DNA from: Clostridia bacterium
Lineage (GTDB): Bacteria > Bacillota > Clostridia > Christensenellales > Aristaeellaceae
NCBI GenBank assembly: GCA_017404985.1
Contig: JAFRBK010000031.1
Location: forward strand, 3,114 to 67,113
Direction of reading: 5' to 3'
Length of the DNA: 64,000 nucleotides
Under the pieces are notes generated by a model. The model was not told where the DNA came from. It made no database searches and saw only the letters and a program-made list of their open reading frames with translations. Shown here piece by piece: positions 45,615-56,585 of the stretch. Numbering within the stretch: the first letter of the stretch is position 1; each line of letters starts with the position of its first letter. The position numbers were made by a program, and so were the translations under genes.

Positions 45615-47225
45615 TCACTGGGCGGCAGAGAACACCGGAACGGACCTGCCGGTTGTCTTCAGGGCAGCCTCATCCAGCTGATCCCCGCTGACGACCAGCC
45701 GGCCGTTCACGAACACCTGATCAATACCGAAGGATTTTTCCTGATCTGGGATGCCGTCCCGCAGGGCGGCTTCATCAAACACGGCCAGATCCGCATAATA
45801 CCCTTCCTTCAGATAGCCGCGGTCCGGAAGCATAAACCGGTCCGCCACGGCGCCGGTCATTCGGCGGATCGTGTTCGGGAGGGTGTCCCCGGTGCCGAGC
45901 AGGGAATCCCGCAGGAACTTGGGATAGCAGTCATAGACGGCGGGATTCTGGACCCCGTGGTCCTCCACCCACGCGTCCGTCATATACAGGCAGCGCTCGT
46001 CATGCTCAAAGGCGCTGATGATTTCCGGCGTGGAATAGGGGCCCATGTTCACGCGGCCGACGAAATTGCTTTTTTCGCACAGCATCAGATAGGCTTTCAG
46101 GTCCGAAAGCCCTTCCTCCGCGGCAATCTGATGGACCGTTTTTCCTTCATATTTTTCCTGGCCGGGGCCGATATAGGCAATCTGGATATCCTTGAAGCCG
46201 AAGCCCAGCAGCAGGCTGGTCGCCTTGACCAGCACGGAAAGCTTCAGGCGGGTCAGCGGGCTTTGGCGCTCCTCACGGCTCATGCCCTGATACCAGGCAG
46301 GGAGAATGACCGTGATGACCGATACGCCCAGGCATTCATTATAGATATCAAACATGACATCCACGCCCTCCGCCCGGAGCCGGTCAAAGATTTTCAGGAG
46401 TTCCTCCTTATCCTTCAGGGTTCTTCTGCCCACGAAGATGGCGTGGGAATACTGCAGCTTGAGCTTCGTGCCTTTGGCGATTTCCTCCAGCTCATCCACC
46501 GCCCTGAGCAGGTGGGAACGGCCGAAGAGCTGCGGATAGGCCATGGACACCTTGGATTCCGCCCGGGGGTGGACCGTGAGCGGCTTATTATGCTTCACGC
46601 AGAGGGCGGCCACCTTTTTCAGCTCCTGCACGTCCGCATAAAGCCCCGGCTGGTACATGAGCCCCAGGGAAATGCCTGCCGCCCCTTCCCGGAGCGCATT
46701 TTCCAGAATTTCCAGCATGCGCTTTTCCTCATCCGGGGTCAGGGGCCGGTTTTCGATGCCGCCGGCCGCGGCGCGGGCCGAACAATGGCCGGCCAGGACC
46801 GCCATGTTGCAGGGCATGCGGCGGTCCACCGCCCGGAAATACTCCGCGGCCGTGCCGAACTGGCCGACCGTGTTTTCAAAGTCAAAGATGCCGCCGCCCA
46901 GTTTATCCGTATACGGATTGCCCGCTTCAAAGCCGATTTCGGAAATGCCGCAGTTGCCGGTAACGAAGGTCGTGATTCCCTGCAGCAGGAACGGCCGGAA
47001 GTACGGAAGCGGGTCCTTCCGGATCGCAAACCAGTCATTATGGGAATGCGCGTCAATAAACCCGGAGGAAATGGATTTTCCCTTCAGGTCCAGGACGGTG
47101 TCCGCCGGCAGGTCCAGTTCCCCGCCGATGCGGGCGATCCGGTCCTCCTCCAGGAGGATATCCGCCGGAAAAGGCTCGGCACCGGTTCCGTCATACACTT
47201 TCACGTTCTTCAGCAGCTGTTTCAT
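45615..47225 (-). CDS. Amidohydrolase, N-acyl-D-amino-acid deacylase-like
   Basis: VYDGTG, GFIDAHSHND, QGITTFVTGNCG, RRMTG..A and RGYLKEGYYADLAVFD. Confidence 0.85.
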   Translation of the reverse strand: MKQLLKNVKVYDGTGAEPFPADILLEEDRIARIGGELDLPADTVLDLKGKSISSGFIDAHSHNDWFAIRKDPLPYFRPFLLQGITTFVTGNCGISEIGFEAGNPYTDKLGGGIFDFENTVGQFGTAAEYFRAVDRRMPCNMAVLAGHCSARAAAGGIENRPLTPDEEKRMLEILENALREGAAGISLGLMYQPGLYADVQELKKVAALCVKHNKPLTVHPRAESKVSMAYPQLFGRSHLLRAVDELEEIAKGTKLKLQYSHAIFVGRRTLKDKEELLKIFDRLRAEGVDVMFDIYNECLGVSVITVILPAWYQGMSREERQSPLTRLKLSVLVKATSLLLGFGFKDIQIAYIGPGQEKYEGKTVHQIAAEEGLSDLKAYLMLCEKSNFVGRVNMGPYSTPEIISAFEHDERCLYMTDAWVEDHGVQNPAVYDCYPKFLRDSLLGTGDTLPNTIRRMTGAVADRFMLPDRGYLKEGYYADLAVFDEAALRDGIPDQEKSFGIDQVFVNGRLVVSGDQLDEAALKTTGRSVPVFSAAQ

Positions 47226-47298
47226 ACCGGTTCTCCTCGTATGCTCAATGCGGTTTTACCCAGTCCAATCCGAGGGGGTGGTTTTTTTGAGCGGTTTC

Positions 47299-48252
47299 TC
47301 ATTTTTCCAGATGGCAGGCCACCTGGCGTTCGCCGCACCGGCGCAGCTTCGGCTCCGTACGCGAACACTCCGGCATCGCATACGGGCAGCGGGGATGAAA
47401 GCGGCAGCCCGCGGGGGGTGAGATGGGGCTCGGCATTTCGCCGGCAGCCATCTTCGGCCTTTCCTGACGCCGGTGCGGATCCGGCATCGGAACCGAAGCA
47501 GTAAGGAAACGGGTATAGGGATGCAGGGGCTCCCTGAACACATCCTCCGTGGGCCCTGTTTCGCAGATCTTTCCGAGATACATCACGGCGGTGCGGTCCG
47601 AAATAAAACGGACCACCGACAGGTCATGGCTGATAAACAGGAAGGCCAGCCCGCGGGACTGCTGCAGCGACTTCAGGAGGTTCAGAATCTGGTTCTGGAC
47701 GGACACATCCAGCGCGGAAACCGGCTCATCGCAGATGATCAGGTCCGGATCCGGGGCCAGGGCCCGCGCGATGGCGATCCGCTGGCGCTGGCCGCCGGAA
47801 AACTGGTGCGGATAGCGGTGCAGGAATTCCTCCGGCAGGCCCACGGTGGACATCAGCTCCAGCACATGGCGGGTCGTTTCCTGCCTCGATTCGTGGAGAC
47901 GATAGGTTTCCAGCGGTTCCGCAATCAGGCTGCGGACGCTCATTCTCGGATTCAGGGAGGCGTAGGGATCCTGAAAAACCATCTGCAGCATGCGGCGGTA
48001 TTTCATGAAATCCGCATCGGACAGCCAGGTGACCGGCGTGCCGCGGATCAGGATTTCCCCCGAATCGGGCGGGATCAGATGCATCAGCATACGCCCCAGG
48101 GTCGATTTTCCGCAGCCGGACTCCCCCACCAGGCCCAGGGTTTTGCCCTCCTGCAGCTCGAGGGAAACATCCGAAACCGCGTGGACGGCCCGATGCCGGC
48201 CTGCCGGGAAATCCTTGACCAGATTCCGGGCTTCCATCAACACTTCACTCAT
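47299..48252 (-). CDS. Peptide/nickel-type ABC transporter ATP-binding protein (OppF/DppF-like)
   Basis: GESGCGKST, FSGGQRQR, DEPVSALD, HPYT and GCRFHPRC. Confidence 0.93.
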   Translation of the reverse strand: MSEVLMEARNLVKDFPAGRHRAVHAVSDVSLELQEGKTLGLVGESGCGKSTLGRMLMHLIPPDSGEILIRGTPVTWLSDADFMKYRRMLQMVFQDPYASLNPRMSVRSLIAEPLETYRLHESRQETTRHVLELMSTVGLPEEFLHRYPHQFSGGQRQRIAIARALAPDPDLIICDEPVSALDVSVQNQILNLLKSLQQSRGLAFLFISHDLSVVRFISDRTAVMYLGKICETGPTEDVFREPLHPYTRFLTASVPMPDPHRRQERPKMAAGEMPSPISPPAGCRFHPRCPYAMPECSRTEPKLRRCGERQVACHLEK

Positions 48253-49280
48253 TCCGCGGCCAGCCCTTCTGTTTCAAGTTCTTTTTCCCCGGGTTTCTTC
48301 CCGGGTTCCTCCCACAGGCACCGGATCCGGTGGCCCGGGCTGATTTCCCGCATTTCAGGGGTTTTCTCCATACATTCCTTCCCGCGGCAGCTGCAGCGCG
48401 GGGAAAAGCTGCAGCCCGCAGGCAGCCGCGCCAGATTGGGAACATGGCCGGGGATCACAGACAGGACCTCGCTGCCGTCCCGGAGGGAGGATACGGCGGA
48501 AAGCAGCCCCCGGGTATAGGGATGCCGCGGACGGTCAAAGAGCGTGCAGATATCCGCCTGCTCCACGATTTTGCCCGCGTACATAACCGAAACGTCGTCG
48601 CACACCCGGGCGATTGCCCCGAGATTATGGCTGATCAGCAGGACGGCCGTTCCCTTCGCGCTCATTTCCTTCATCAGGTCCAGGATCTGCGCTTCCACCG
48701 TCACATCCAGCGCCGTGGTCGGCTCATCCGCGATCAGGAGCTTCGGCCGGCAGACCATGGCCATGGCGATCATGATCCGCTGGCGCAGGCCGCCGGACAG
48801 CTGATGCGGATAACTGTGGTACCGGCGCTCCGGATCCGGGACGCCTGCCGCTTCCAGCATCTCCAGCGTCCGCCGCTTCGCCTCGGCATGGGTTACATGC
48901 TCATGCACCAGAACGGCCTCATCCACCTGTTTGCCGACCTTCATGACCGGATTCAGGCTGCTCATGGGATCCTGAAAGATCATGGCCATCTCCCGGCCCT
49001 GCAGCATCCGGCGTTCTTTTTTCCGCATGCTCAGCAGGTCCCGGCCCTCCAGCAGGATGCGGCCGCCGGTGACCCGTCCCGGATGGCGAATCAGGTTCAT
49101 GACCGCGCGGGCGGTCATGCTTTTTCCGCAGCCAGACTCGCCGACGAGGCCCGTGATTTTTCCCTTCGGCACGGACAGGGAAACATGGTCCAGCACGCGG
49201 ACTTCGCCCCGCCTCGCCGGGAAGCCGGCGCAGAGGCCGTCCAGAATCAATACTTCTTTCTGAATCAATGCTTCTTTCAT
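48249..49280 (-). CDS. Peptide/nickel-type ABC transporter ATP-binding protein (OppD/DppD-like)
   Basis: GESGCGKS, LSGGLRQR and DEPTTALD. Start moved to 49280. Confidence 0.93.
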   Translation of the reverse strand: MKEALIQKEVLILDGLCAGFPARRGEVRVLDHVSLSVPKGKITGLVGESGCGKSMTARAVMNLIRHPGRVTGGRILLEGRDLLSMRKKERRMLQGREMAMIFQDPMSSLNPVMKVGKQVDEAVLVHEHVTHAEAKRRTLEMLEAAGVPDPERRYHSYPHQLSGGLRQRIMIAMAMVCRPKLLIADEPTTALDVTVEAQILDLMKEMSAKGTAVLLISHNLGAIARVCDDVSVMYAGKIVEQADICTLFDRPRHPYTRGLLSAVSSLRDGSEVLSVIPGHVPNLARLPAGCSFSPRCSCRGKECMEKTPEMREISPGHRIRCLWEEPGKKPGEKELETEGLAAE

Positions 49281-49290
49281 GCACCGCACC

Positions 49291-50238
49291 TCACTGCTTC
49301 CGCAGGCGCGGATCCAGCACATCCCGCAGGCCGTCGCCCAGGAAATTGAACGAGAGGACGGCCACCATGATCGCCGCGCTCGGAACAAAGCTCAGCCACG
49401 GCGCGTTATACAGGAACTGCCGCCCCGTGTTAACCATCAGCCCCCAGGACGCGCCGGGCGGCTGGATGCCGAGGCCGAGAAAGCTGAGGCTGCTCTCCGT
49501 CAGAATGGCCGCGGGCACGTTCAGCGTGAACAGCACGATCAGGGTCGGCAGGCAGTTCGGGAGGATATGCCGGAAAATAATCTTCCACTTGGACACGCCG
49601 ATGGACCGGGCGGCCTCCACAAATTCACTTTTTTTGAGGCGAAGCGTTTCAGACCGGGCGATTCGCGCCACGGAGCCCCAGTTCATCAGCGTCAGGGTGA
49701 GGAACACATTGAACAGGCCGCCGCCCAGCGTATACATAATCACCATGGCCAGGAGCATGGACGGGAACGCCAGGACGATATCCGCCAGGCGCATAATCAC
49801 CGTATCCGTCCACTGGCCGAAATACCCCGCCATGACGCCGAGCAGCGCGCCGAGCACCATGCTCAGCAGCGTCGGAACAATGCCCACCATCAGGGAGACA
49901 CGGGAACCGTACAGCAGCCGGGTGAGGACATCCCTTCCGCCTTCGTCCGTGCCAAGCCAGTGGTCCCCGGAGGGCGGCTGCAGCCGGTTCAGCAGGTCCA
50001 TATCCGTTTCCCCATAGGGCGTCAGGACCGGCGCCAGGATCGTGCAGAGGATCATCAGGAGGATGACCAGGAGGGAGACGGCGGACAGCTTGTTTTCCCG
50101 GAACATGCGGAGCATCAGCTTACCGAAGGTTTCCGCTTCGCCGAGATCATAGGCTTCGCTGATTTCTGACGGGCCGGCAGGATCGGCTTTCCGATGCTCG
50201 AAATCGCTGACGATCTGCTTTTCCTTTTTTCGCAGCAT
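49291..50238 (-). CDS. Peptide/nickel-type ABC transporter permease (OppC/DppC-like)
   Basis: HWLGTDEGGRD, EFVEAAR and LSFLGLG. Confidence 0.93.
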   Translation of the reverse strand: MLRKKEKQIVSDFEHRKADPAGPSEISEAYDLGEAETFGKLMLRMFRENKLSAVSLLVILLMILCTILAPVLTPYGETDMDLLNRLQPPSGDHWLGTDEGGRDVLTRLLYGSRVSLMVGIVPTLLSMVLGALLGVMAGYFGQWTDTVIMRLADIVLAFPSMLLAMVIMYTLGGGLFNVFLTLTLMNWGSVARIARSETLRLKKSEFVEAARSIGVSKWKIIFRHILPNCLPTLIVLFTLNVPAAILTESSLSFLGLGIQPPGASWGLMVNTGRQFLYNAPWLSFVPSAAIMVAVLSFNFLGDGLRDVLDPRLRKQ

Positions 50239-50239
50239 C

Positions 50240-51148
50240 TCAGGCCTCCTTCCTGGTGCGGGGATCCAGCACCGTATACAGGAAGTCCGCCACCAGATTG
50301 CCGAAAATCACAATCGCCGTGGAAAATAGGACCGTGCCCTGCAGAAGCGGGATATCCCGGGCCGTGATCGCCTGGACGGCCAGGCGCCCGATGCCGTTGA
50401 TCGAAAAAACAGTCTCCGTGATCACCGCGCCGGAGAGGAGGGCGGAAAGCTGCAGCGCCATCATGGTCACCGTCGGCAGCATCGTGTTCCGCAGGGCATG
50501 GCGGAACAGCACCCCCGACTTTCCCAGCCCCTTGGCCCGGGCCGTGTCGATATAATCCTCTTCCAGGGTATCCAGAAGGGCAGAGCGGACCAGGCGCGCA
50601 ATACTTCCGGCGGAGTTCCACCCCAGGGCAACAGCCGGGAGAATAAACGACCGCCAGTCCGCCGTGCCGGAAATCGGCACCCAGTGGAGCCAATAAGCAA
50701 AGACGTACTGGAGAATCATGGCCGCCATAAACACGGGCATGGAGATGCCCAGCAGGGAAAAGCCCATAAACAGCCGGTCCGGAATGCTGTTTTTGCGGAT
50801 CGCGGCCAGGAGGCCGCACAGGCCCCCGGTGATCCACGCAAACAACGCTGCCGCCAGCGAAAGCAGCAGCGTGTTCACAAAGGCCGTTCCCATCAGCCCG
50901 GAGACCGGTTTTCCCAGGGAATAACTGGTGCCGAAGTCTCCCCGGACCGCACCGGAAAGATACCGGAAAAACTGGACATGGATCGGCTGGTCCAGCCCCA
51001 GCTCAGCGGTGAGCCGGTCGATCGTTGCCTGGTTGGCATGCTCTCCCATCAGGACGGCCACCGGATTCCCCGGCACAATACGGAGCAGGCCAAAAAGCAT
51101 CAGGGAGACCAGCAGGAGGACCAGCAGCGCCTGGAGGATTCTCTTCAT
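50240..51148 (-). CDS. Peptide/nickel-type ABC transporter permease (OppB/DppB-like)
   Basis: GLDQP, GDFGTS, DYIDTARAKGL, ITETVF and LDPR. Confidence 0.93.
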   Translation of the reverse strand: MKRILQALLVLLLVSLMLFGLLRIVPGNPVAVLMGEHANQATIDRLTAELGLDQPIHVQFFRYLSGAVRGDFGTSYSLGKPVSGLMGTAFVNTLLLSLAAALFAWITGGLCGLLAAIRKNSIPDRLFMGFSLLGISMPVFMAAMILQYVFAYWLHWVPISGTADWRSFILPAVALGWNSAGSIARLVRSALLDTLEEDYIDTARAKGLGKSGVLFRHALRNTMLPTVTMMALQLSALLSGAVITETVFSINGIGRLAVQAITARDIPLLQGTVLFSTAIVIFGNLVADFLYTVLDPRTRKEA

Positions 51149-51162
51149 TGGCTAAACCTTCA

Positions 51163-52767
51163 TTAATCCTTCAAAACCACGTCAGTGACATAGAAATCGG
51201 AGAAACCGGCCCACTGGGGCGTGAACGACGCAACCCGGGAGCCCAGGCAGTAGAGATGCATATCCTCGAAGAGCGGAATCCACGCGGCGTCCTCCCCGAT
51301 AATCTTCTTTTCCAGCGCCTGGTACTCCGCCATCCGCTGGCTGTCATCCACAATCGCCGGCGCGGCAGCCACCCGCGCGATGATCTCCGCATCGGGATAG
51401 TTCAGGCTGCGGTGCAGGGTATTATCCGCGCTGCCGAAGAAGGTCAGCATGATATTCGCCGGATCGTTATAATCCAGCAGCCAGCGGGCGATGAAGGCAT
51501 CCATTTTGCCGGAGCCGCGGAGATCCAGATAGGCGGCATGGTCATAGCTCTTCACCGTGGCTTTGATGCCCACTTTATCCAGCAGCTGGCTGATGGACCG
51601 ATACACCAGCTGGATGGATCCGGTGGCCGTGGAGTCCATGGAGAGCTCAAAGGAAATCTGGCCGTCTTCATAGCCGGCTTCCTTCAGCAGGCTCTTCGCC
51701 CCTTCCGGATCATAGGCAAAGCCTTCCAGGCTGTCGTTATGCGCCCAGGCGCCCGTGGGGATAATGCCGTTTTCCCGCGTGGCATCCCCGTTGTACAGGG
51801 CGGCAATCATGGTATCCACATCCAGGGCTAGGCCGATCGCCTTGCGCACCCGGACATCCTTCAGGTATTCATTGCTTTCGTTCAGCGCCAGGAAGGTCAG
51901 GCCCACCTTCCGCACGCTGACAATCCGGTCCGCATAAACGGTCTTATACTGGCTCTGGACAATGGCGCTGTCCTGCTTCTCCAGGTCGATCAGGTCCAGT
52001 TCGCCGTTCTGGAACATCAGATTCTGGGTGTTGGCATCGCTGATGACGCGGACCACCAGCTTTTTCACGGAAGGCTCGGCGCCCCAGTATTTGTCATTAT
52101 ACACCAGGGTGTAGTGGTCATTGGTGATCCACTCCGTGACGAGATAGGGGCCGGTGCCGATCATCGCGGCCGGATCGACGCCGAAACCGTCCGACATGCT
52201 CTCCTGATCCACAATGGACATGGCCGGCGAAGAGAGCTCCGCCAGGAACCCGGCATTCGGCGCCTTCAGCGTGACGGAGAAATGCGTGTCGTCCGTAACG
52301 CTGAACCCGGAAAGCGTTTCCGCCTTTTTATCCATCACGTCCTGGCCGCCGACGACTTCCAGCGGAATATCCGTGTTCTGGTTAGCCAGAACCAGCAGGC
52401 GCTCAAAGGAATACTGCACGTCGGAAGCCGTGAGCGGATTCCCATTCGAGAACACGACGCCTTCCCGCAGCGTGAAATCATAGGTCAGCCCGTCTTCGCT
52501 GACTTTATATTCCGTACAGAGGCTGGGAACCAGCTTCGCGGTTCCGTCCTCCCTCCGGGTTTCAAACAGCCGGTCAAAGACGTTCATGGGAATCATGTAA
52601 TCATCGGTGGTTTTGGCCACGTCCATGGTGGTGATGTCGTGGGTGACCGCCGTGCGGAGAAGGCCCGCTTCCTCGGCGCCGGCCGTTGCCGCCGGGAGGA
52701 TTCCCGTAAGGAGGGCGGCCAGGACCAGGATCAGGCGAATTCCTTTTTTCTGAATTCTTTTGTTCAT
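51163..52767 (-). CDS. Family 5 ABC substrate-binding protein (OppA/DppA-like)
   Basis: Signal peptide, FTLREGVVFSNG, IGTGPY and DVRVRKAI. Start at 52767 with SD AAGGAG. Confidence 0.92.
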   Translation of the reverse strand: MNKRIQKKGIRLILVLAALLTGILPAATAGAEEAGLLRTAVTHDITTMDVAKTTDDYMIPMNVFDRLFETRREDGTAKLVPSLCTEYKVSEDGLTYDFTLREGVVFSNGNPLTASDVQYSFERLLVLANQNTDIPLEVVGGQDVMDKKAETLSGFSVTDDTHFSVTLKAPNAGFLAELSSPAMSIVDQESMSDGFGVDPAAMIGTGPYLVTEWITNDHYTLVYNDKYWGAEPSVKKLVVRVISDANTQNLMFQNGELDLIDLEKQDSAIVQSQYKTVYADRIVSVRKVGLTFLALNESNEYLKDVRVRKAIGLALDVDTMIAALYNGDATRENGIIPTGAWAHNDSLEGFAYDPEGAKSLLKEAGYEDGQISFELSMDSTATGSIQLVYRSISQLLDKVGIKATVKSYDHAAYLDLRGSGKMDAFIARWLLDYNDPANIMLTFFGSADNTLHRSLNYPDAEIIARVAAAPAIVDDSQRMAEYQALEKKIIGEDAAWIPLFEDMHLYCLGSRVASFTPQWAGFSDFYVTDVVLKD

Positions 52768-52787
52768 TGTCAGATGCTCCTTTATGA

Positions 52788-54779
52788 TCACAGCAAAATA
52801 TACTCGTCCATCGCTTCCGCGAAGGGTCCCGGAAGGGCATTCACCCCGCGGTGGGCGCCGAAATAATCGCGGTCAAAAATGATTTCCGTTCCGTCGGGAT
52901 TCTCGAAGCGCTGCTCCGGCTCAAAGGCACAGCCGAGAATCCCGCTGGTGATGATTCCGTCCCGGAAGTCCTTCAGGGCAGCGGCCGCGTTGGTCTTCAG
53001 GATCCACTTCCCGTCCTGTTCCTTCAGCTCCGCCTTCACCTTCGTCCGTTTATCCGCCACCAGATGATGCTGCTCATGCTTACAGACGTTCGCGCCGCCG
53101 AAATAGGCATTGCCCTCCACCCAGACCGGCAGATGGCCGAAGTGCGCGGCAGCCAGGCCGCCCATGTTGGCGGGCTCCCGCCGGTCGAAGGGTTTGAACC
53201 ACTCCTCATAGGTCGGGAAGATATCGAAACAGGCCGTGCCCGCATGCTGGTAATCGGCATCACAGGGGGTTTTCGTATCGTCCGTGACGGGATAATGCTG
53301 AACGAAGATATTATTATAGATTCTGTCGTCGCCGTGCAGGATGGTCATGAAACCGGCGACCTCCGTGCGGTGGCGGATATGATAGGGCGTATAGCGGGGT
53401 TCCCGCTGGCCGTTCACCACGCTGTCCACACCGGAATTGATCAGCCCGAAGGAGCCCAGCATCAGGTTATGGACGCAGGCGATGCCTTCGCTGGGGATGA
53501 CCACGGACACCTTGCTCATCAGCACATTGTTATCCACCAGGGTCGGGCCGTGGCCCACCTCGATGAACACATCGCAGTTGAACATGGCGCCGGGCGCCTG
53601 ATCCACCCCGTCCGCCCGGTGATTATCATGCAGCAGGTTCTGGGTGATCCGGGCGCCCTGGGCTTCCCAGTCAAACCAGATACCCATGATGCAGTGATGG
53701 ATGTGGCAGCGGCGCACCGTGACGTCAATGGCGGCGTGGAGCTTGATGCCGGCGGTTTCCGCCCCGCCCAGCTGGGCGCTGGTACAGATATCATGGATAT
53801 GGCAGTCTTCAATGGTCGAGAACACCCCGCCCATGCGGCCCACGATGCCGGTCTGCTCACAGTGGTGGATATGGCAGCGGCGCACGATGTGGCTGCCGAC
53901 CTTCTCCTTGAGCCAGCCATGGTACTGGCCGCGGCACACCGCGTCCCGCTCCATCTGGGTCGGGCTCTTGACCCGCTTCCGGAAGAAATACATATCGTTT
54001 TCCGGATCCAGGTACTTGCCCAGGGAGATGCCGCAGCAGCGGCTGCCGTACACTTCACAGTCCTCAATGATCCAGCCCTTCGACCAGTGGGGGCCGATCA
54101 GGCCGTCCTGATAGGCGGCGGGCGGCGCCCAGGTGGTGGCGCCTTTGCAGACCACAAAGCCCGAGACCGTGATATACCCGATGCCGTTTTCCTCCGGCAT
54201 AAAGCAATTGCGGCGGACCGCGATCTCCACCTTTTCCCGGTTGGGATCCTTACCCTGGAAATTGGCGTAAATGACGGTTTCATCCCCGTCCTGCTCGGAA
54301 TACCAGAGGTACTTCGCGTCCTCCTGGTTCCAGGCGTGGGGATCCGGCTTGCCCTTCCTGCATTCTGCCAGCGAAGCGGTTTCATACATCGCCAGGTCGT
54401 TCAGGTACACCGACCCGGTATGGCGGACGATGGGTGCGAAATACCAGTCACCCTCGACCTTCTCCACATAAGGGTTCCAGGCGCCGAAGACGCCGTTGTT
54501 CACCCGGTTCACCCAGACCTTGCCCTTTTCCTTCTTCCAGCCGGTCAGAAGCTCCGCACCGGTGATCTCCGCCCCCAGCGGCACTTCGGAGCGGTAAACG
54601 ATCCGCTGCTCCTCCGTGCCCGCGTGGACGGGATGCACCGATTCCCGGTAAACCCCGGGCGCGACAACCACTTCGTCCCCGGGGCGGGCGATTTTCGCCG
54701 CGTCGTTGATATGCCGGAAGGGCGTCTCCTTCGGGCCGTTCCCCTCGCGGGGGGCGTTGCAGTTGACGTAATAAATCAT
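52788..54779 (-). CDS. GH120-like beta-xylosidase (right-handed beta-helix)
   Basis: PFRHIN.AA, GVYRE, WAPP, GPHWSKGWIIE, GIKLHAAID and WFDWEAQG. Start moved to 54779 (SD GAGGAG). Confidence 0.8.
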   Translation of the reverse strand: MIYYVNCNAPREGNGPKETPFRHINDAAKIARPGDEVVVAPGVYRESVHPVHAGTEEQRIVYRSEVPLGAEITGAELLTGWKKEKGKVWVNRVNNGVFGAWNPYVEKVEGDWYFAPIVRHTGSVYLNDLAMYETASLAECRKGKPDPHAWNQEDAKYLWYSEQDGDETVIYANFQGKDPNREKVEIAVRRNCFMPEENGIGYITVSGFVVCKGATTWAPPAAYQDGLIGPHWSKGWIIEDCEVYGSRCCGISLGKYLDPENDMYFFRKRVKSPTQMERDAVCRGQYHGWLKEKVGSHIVRRCHIHHCEQTGIVGRMGGVFSTIEDCHIHDICTSAQLGGAETAGIKLHAAIDVTVRRCHIHHCIMGIWFDWEAQGARITQNLLHDNHRADGVDQAPGAMFNCDVFIEVGHGPTLVDNNVLMSKVSVVIPSEGIACVHNLMLGSFGLINSGVDSVVNGQREPRYTPYHIRHRTEVAGFMTILHGDDRIYNNIFVQHYPVTDDTKTPCDADYQHAGTACFDIFPTYEEWFKPFDRREPANMGGLAAAHFGHLPVWVEGNAYFGGANVCKHEQHHLVADKRTKVKAELKEQDGKWILKTNAAAALKDFRDGIITSGILGCAFEPEQRFENPDGTEIIFDRDYFGAHRGVNALPGPFAEAMDEYILL

Positions 54780-54867
54780 CGTTTTCCGCACTCCTCTCCT
54801 GTTTTTTCTATTCCCGATTTTTCTTTTCCCTGGTTTTTCCGGCCTCTGGCCGGGATGGATGGCCCGA

Positions 54868-56544
54868 TCAGAACAAACCGACAATTTTGCCGTCTTCATC
54901 CACGTCGATGCGCTCAGCCGCAGGAGACTTCGGCAGGCCGGGCATCGTCATGATTTCGCCCGTCAGGGCCACCAGGAAGCCGGCGCCCGCGGACACCTTC
55001 AGGTTCCGCACGGTGACCGTGAAGCCTTCCGGGGCTCCCAGCAGGGCCGGATCATCCGAGAAGCTGTACTGGGTCTTGGCGATACAGACCGGCAGGCCGC
55101 CGAAACCGAGGTCCGTCAGCTGCTCCGCCTGCTTCTTCGCGGCGGGGGTCAGGCTCACGCCGGCCCCACCATAAATCTTTTTCACCACGGCTTCCAGTTT
55201 TTCCTCTATTCCGAGCGACAGATCATAACTGAAAGTGAAGTTTTCTTTTTTCTCCCCGCACAGGCGGACCACTTCCCGGGCCAGGGCTTCGCCGCCTTTG
55301 CCGCCTTCGGCCCACACGGTGCTCAGCACCGTATTGACCCCCAGCTCCCGGCACTTGCGGATAATGAACGTGATCTCCTCATCGGTATCCGTGGGGAAGC
55401 GGTTGATAGCCACCACGCAGGGCAGATGATACACCTTCGTGATATTGTTCACATGGCGCAAAAGGTTCGGGATGCCTTTTTCCAGCGCCGTGAGGTTTTC
55501 CTGGGACAGCTGCTTCTTATCCAGCCCGCCGTGCATCTTCAGGGCGCGCACCGTGCCGACCACCACGACGGCATCCGGGGCCAGGCCGGCCATGCGGCAC
55601 TTGATATCCAGGAATTTTTCCGCGCCCAGGTCGGCGCCGAAGCCGGCTTCCGTCACCGTATAATCCCCCATGCGCATCGCCATGCGGGTCGCCATGACGC
55701 TGTTGCAGCCATGGGCAATATTGGCGAAGGGGCCGCCGTGCACGAAGGCGGGCGTTCCCTCCAGGGTCTGCACCAGGTTCGGCTTCAGCGCGTCCCGGAG
55801 GAGCGCAGCCATGGCGCCGGTGGCTTTCAGGTCGCCGGCGGTCACGGGCTGGTCATCATACGTATAGGCCACGATGATTCGGGACAGCCGCTCCTTCAGG
55901 TCCCTGAAATCGCTGGCCAGGCAGAAGACCGCCATAATCTCGCTGGCTACGGTGATATCAAAACCATCCTCCCGGGGCGTGCCGTTGGGACGGCCGCCCA
56001 GGCCGTCGACCACGAAGCGGAGCTGGCGGTCATTCATATCCACGCACCGCTTCCAGGTGATCTTTTTCACATCGATCCCGAGCTGGTTTCCCTGCTGAAT
56101 ATGGTTATCCAGCATGGCGGCCAGCAGGTTGTTGGCTGCGCCGATGGCATGGAAATCCCCGGTGAAGTGCAGGTTAATGTCCTCCATGGGCACCACCTGG
56201 GCATAGCCGCCGCCGGCCGCGCCGCCCTTGATCCCGAAGACCGGGCCCAGGCTGGGTTCCCGCAGCGCAACGATGACATCCTGGCCGATCCGGCTCAGGC
56301 CGTCGGCCAGGCCGATGGTCGTGGTGGTTTTTCCTTCCCCTGCCGGGGTGGGCGTGATCGCGGTCACAAGCACCAGCTTGCCCGGCTTGCGGGTCGTTTC
56401 CTTTAACAGCGCGGGATCGATCTTGGCCTTGTAACGGCCATACTGCTCAACATATTTTTCATCCACATGGGCTTTTTTCGCAATCTCGGCGATGGGTTTC
56501 ATTTTGCACTGCTGTGCGATTTCGATATCGGATAAATAAGCCAT
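54868..56544 (-). CDS. fhs: Formate--tetrahydrofolate ligase
   Basis: [40 protein letters not shown] and MTMPGL. Start moved to 56544. Confidence 0.97.
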   Translation of the reverse strand: MAYLSDIEIAQQCKMKPIAEIAKKAHVDEKYVEQYGRYKAKIDPALLKETTRKPGKLVLVTAITPTPAGEGKTTTTIGLADGLSRIGQDVIVALREPSLGPVFGIKGGAAGGGYAQVVPMEDINLHFTGDFHAIGAANNLLAAMLDNHIQQGNQLGIDVKKITWKRCVDMNDRQLRFVVDGLGGRPNGTPREDGFDITVASEIMAVFCLASDFRDLKERLSRIIVAYTYDDQPVTAGDLKATGAMAALLRDALKPNLVQTLEGTPAFVHGGPFANIAHGCNSVMATRMAMRMGDYTVTEAGFGADLGAEKFLDIKCRMAGLAPDAVVVVGTVRALKMHGGLDKKQLSQENLTALEKGIPNLLRHVNNITKVYHLPCVVAINRFPTDTDEEITFIIRKCRELGVNTVLSTVWAEGGKGGEALAREVVRLCGEKKENFTFSYDLSLGIEEKLEAVVKKIYGGAGVSLTPAAKKQAEQLTDLGFGGLPVCIAKTQYSFSDDPALLGAPEGFTVTVRNLKVSAGAGFLVALTGEIMTMPGLPKSPAAERIDVDEDGKIVGLF

Positions 56545-56585
56545 TTTTCTTTTCCTTTCGTTCCTCACGCGGGGCGCGTGGTTCC

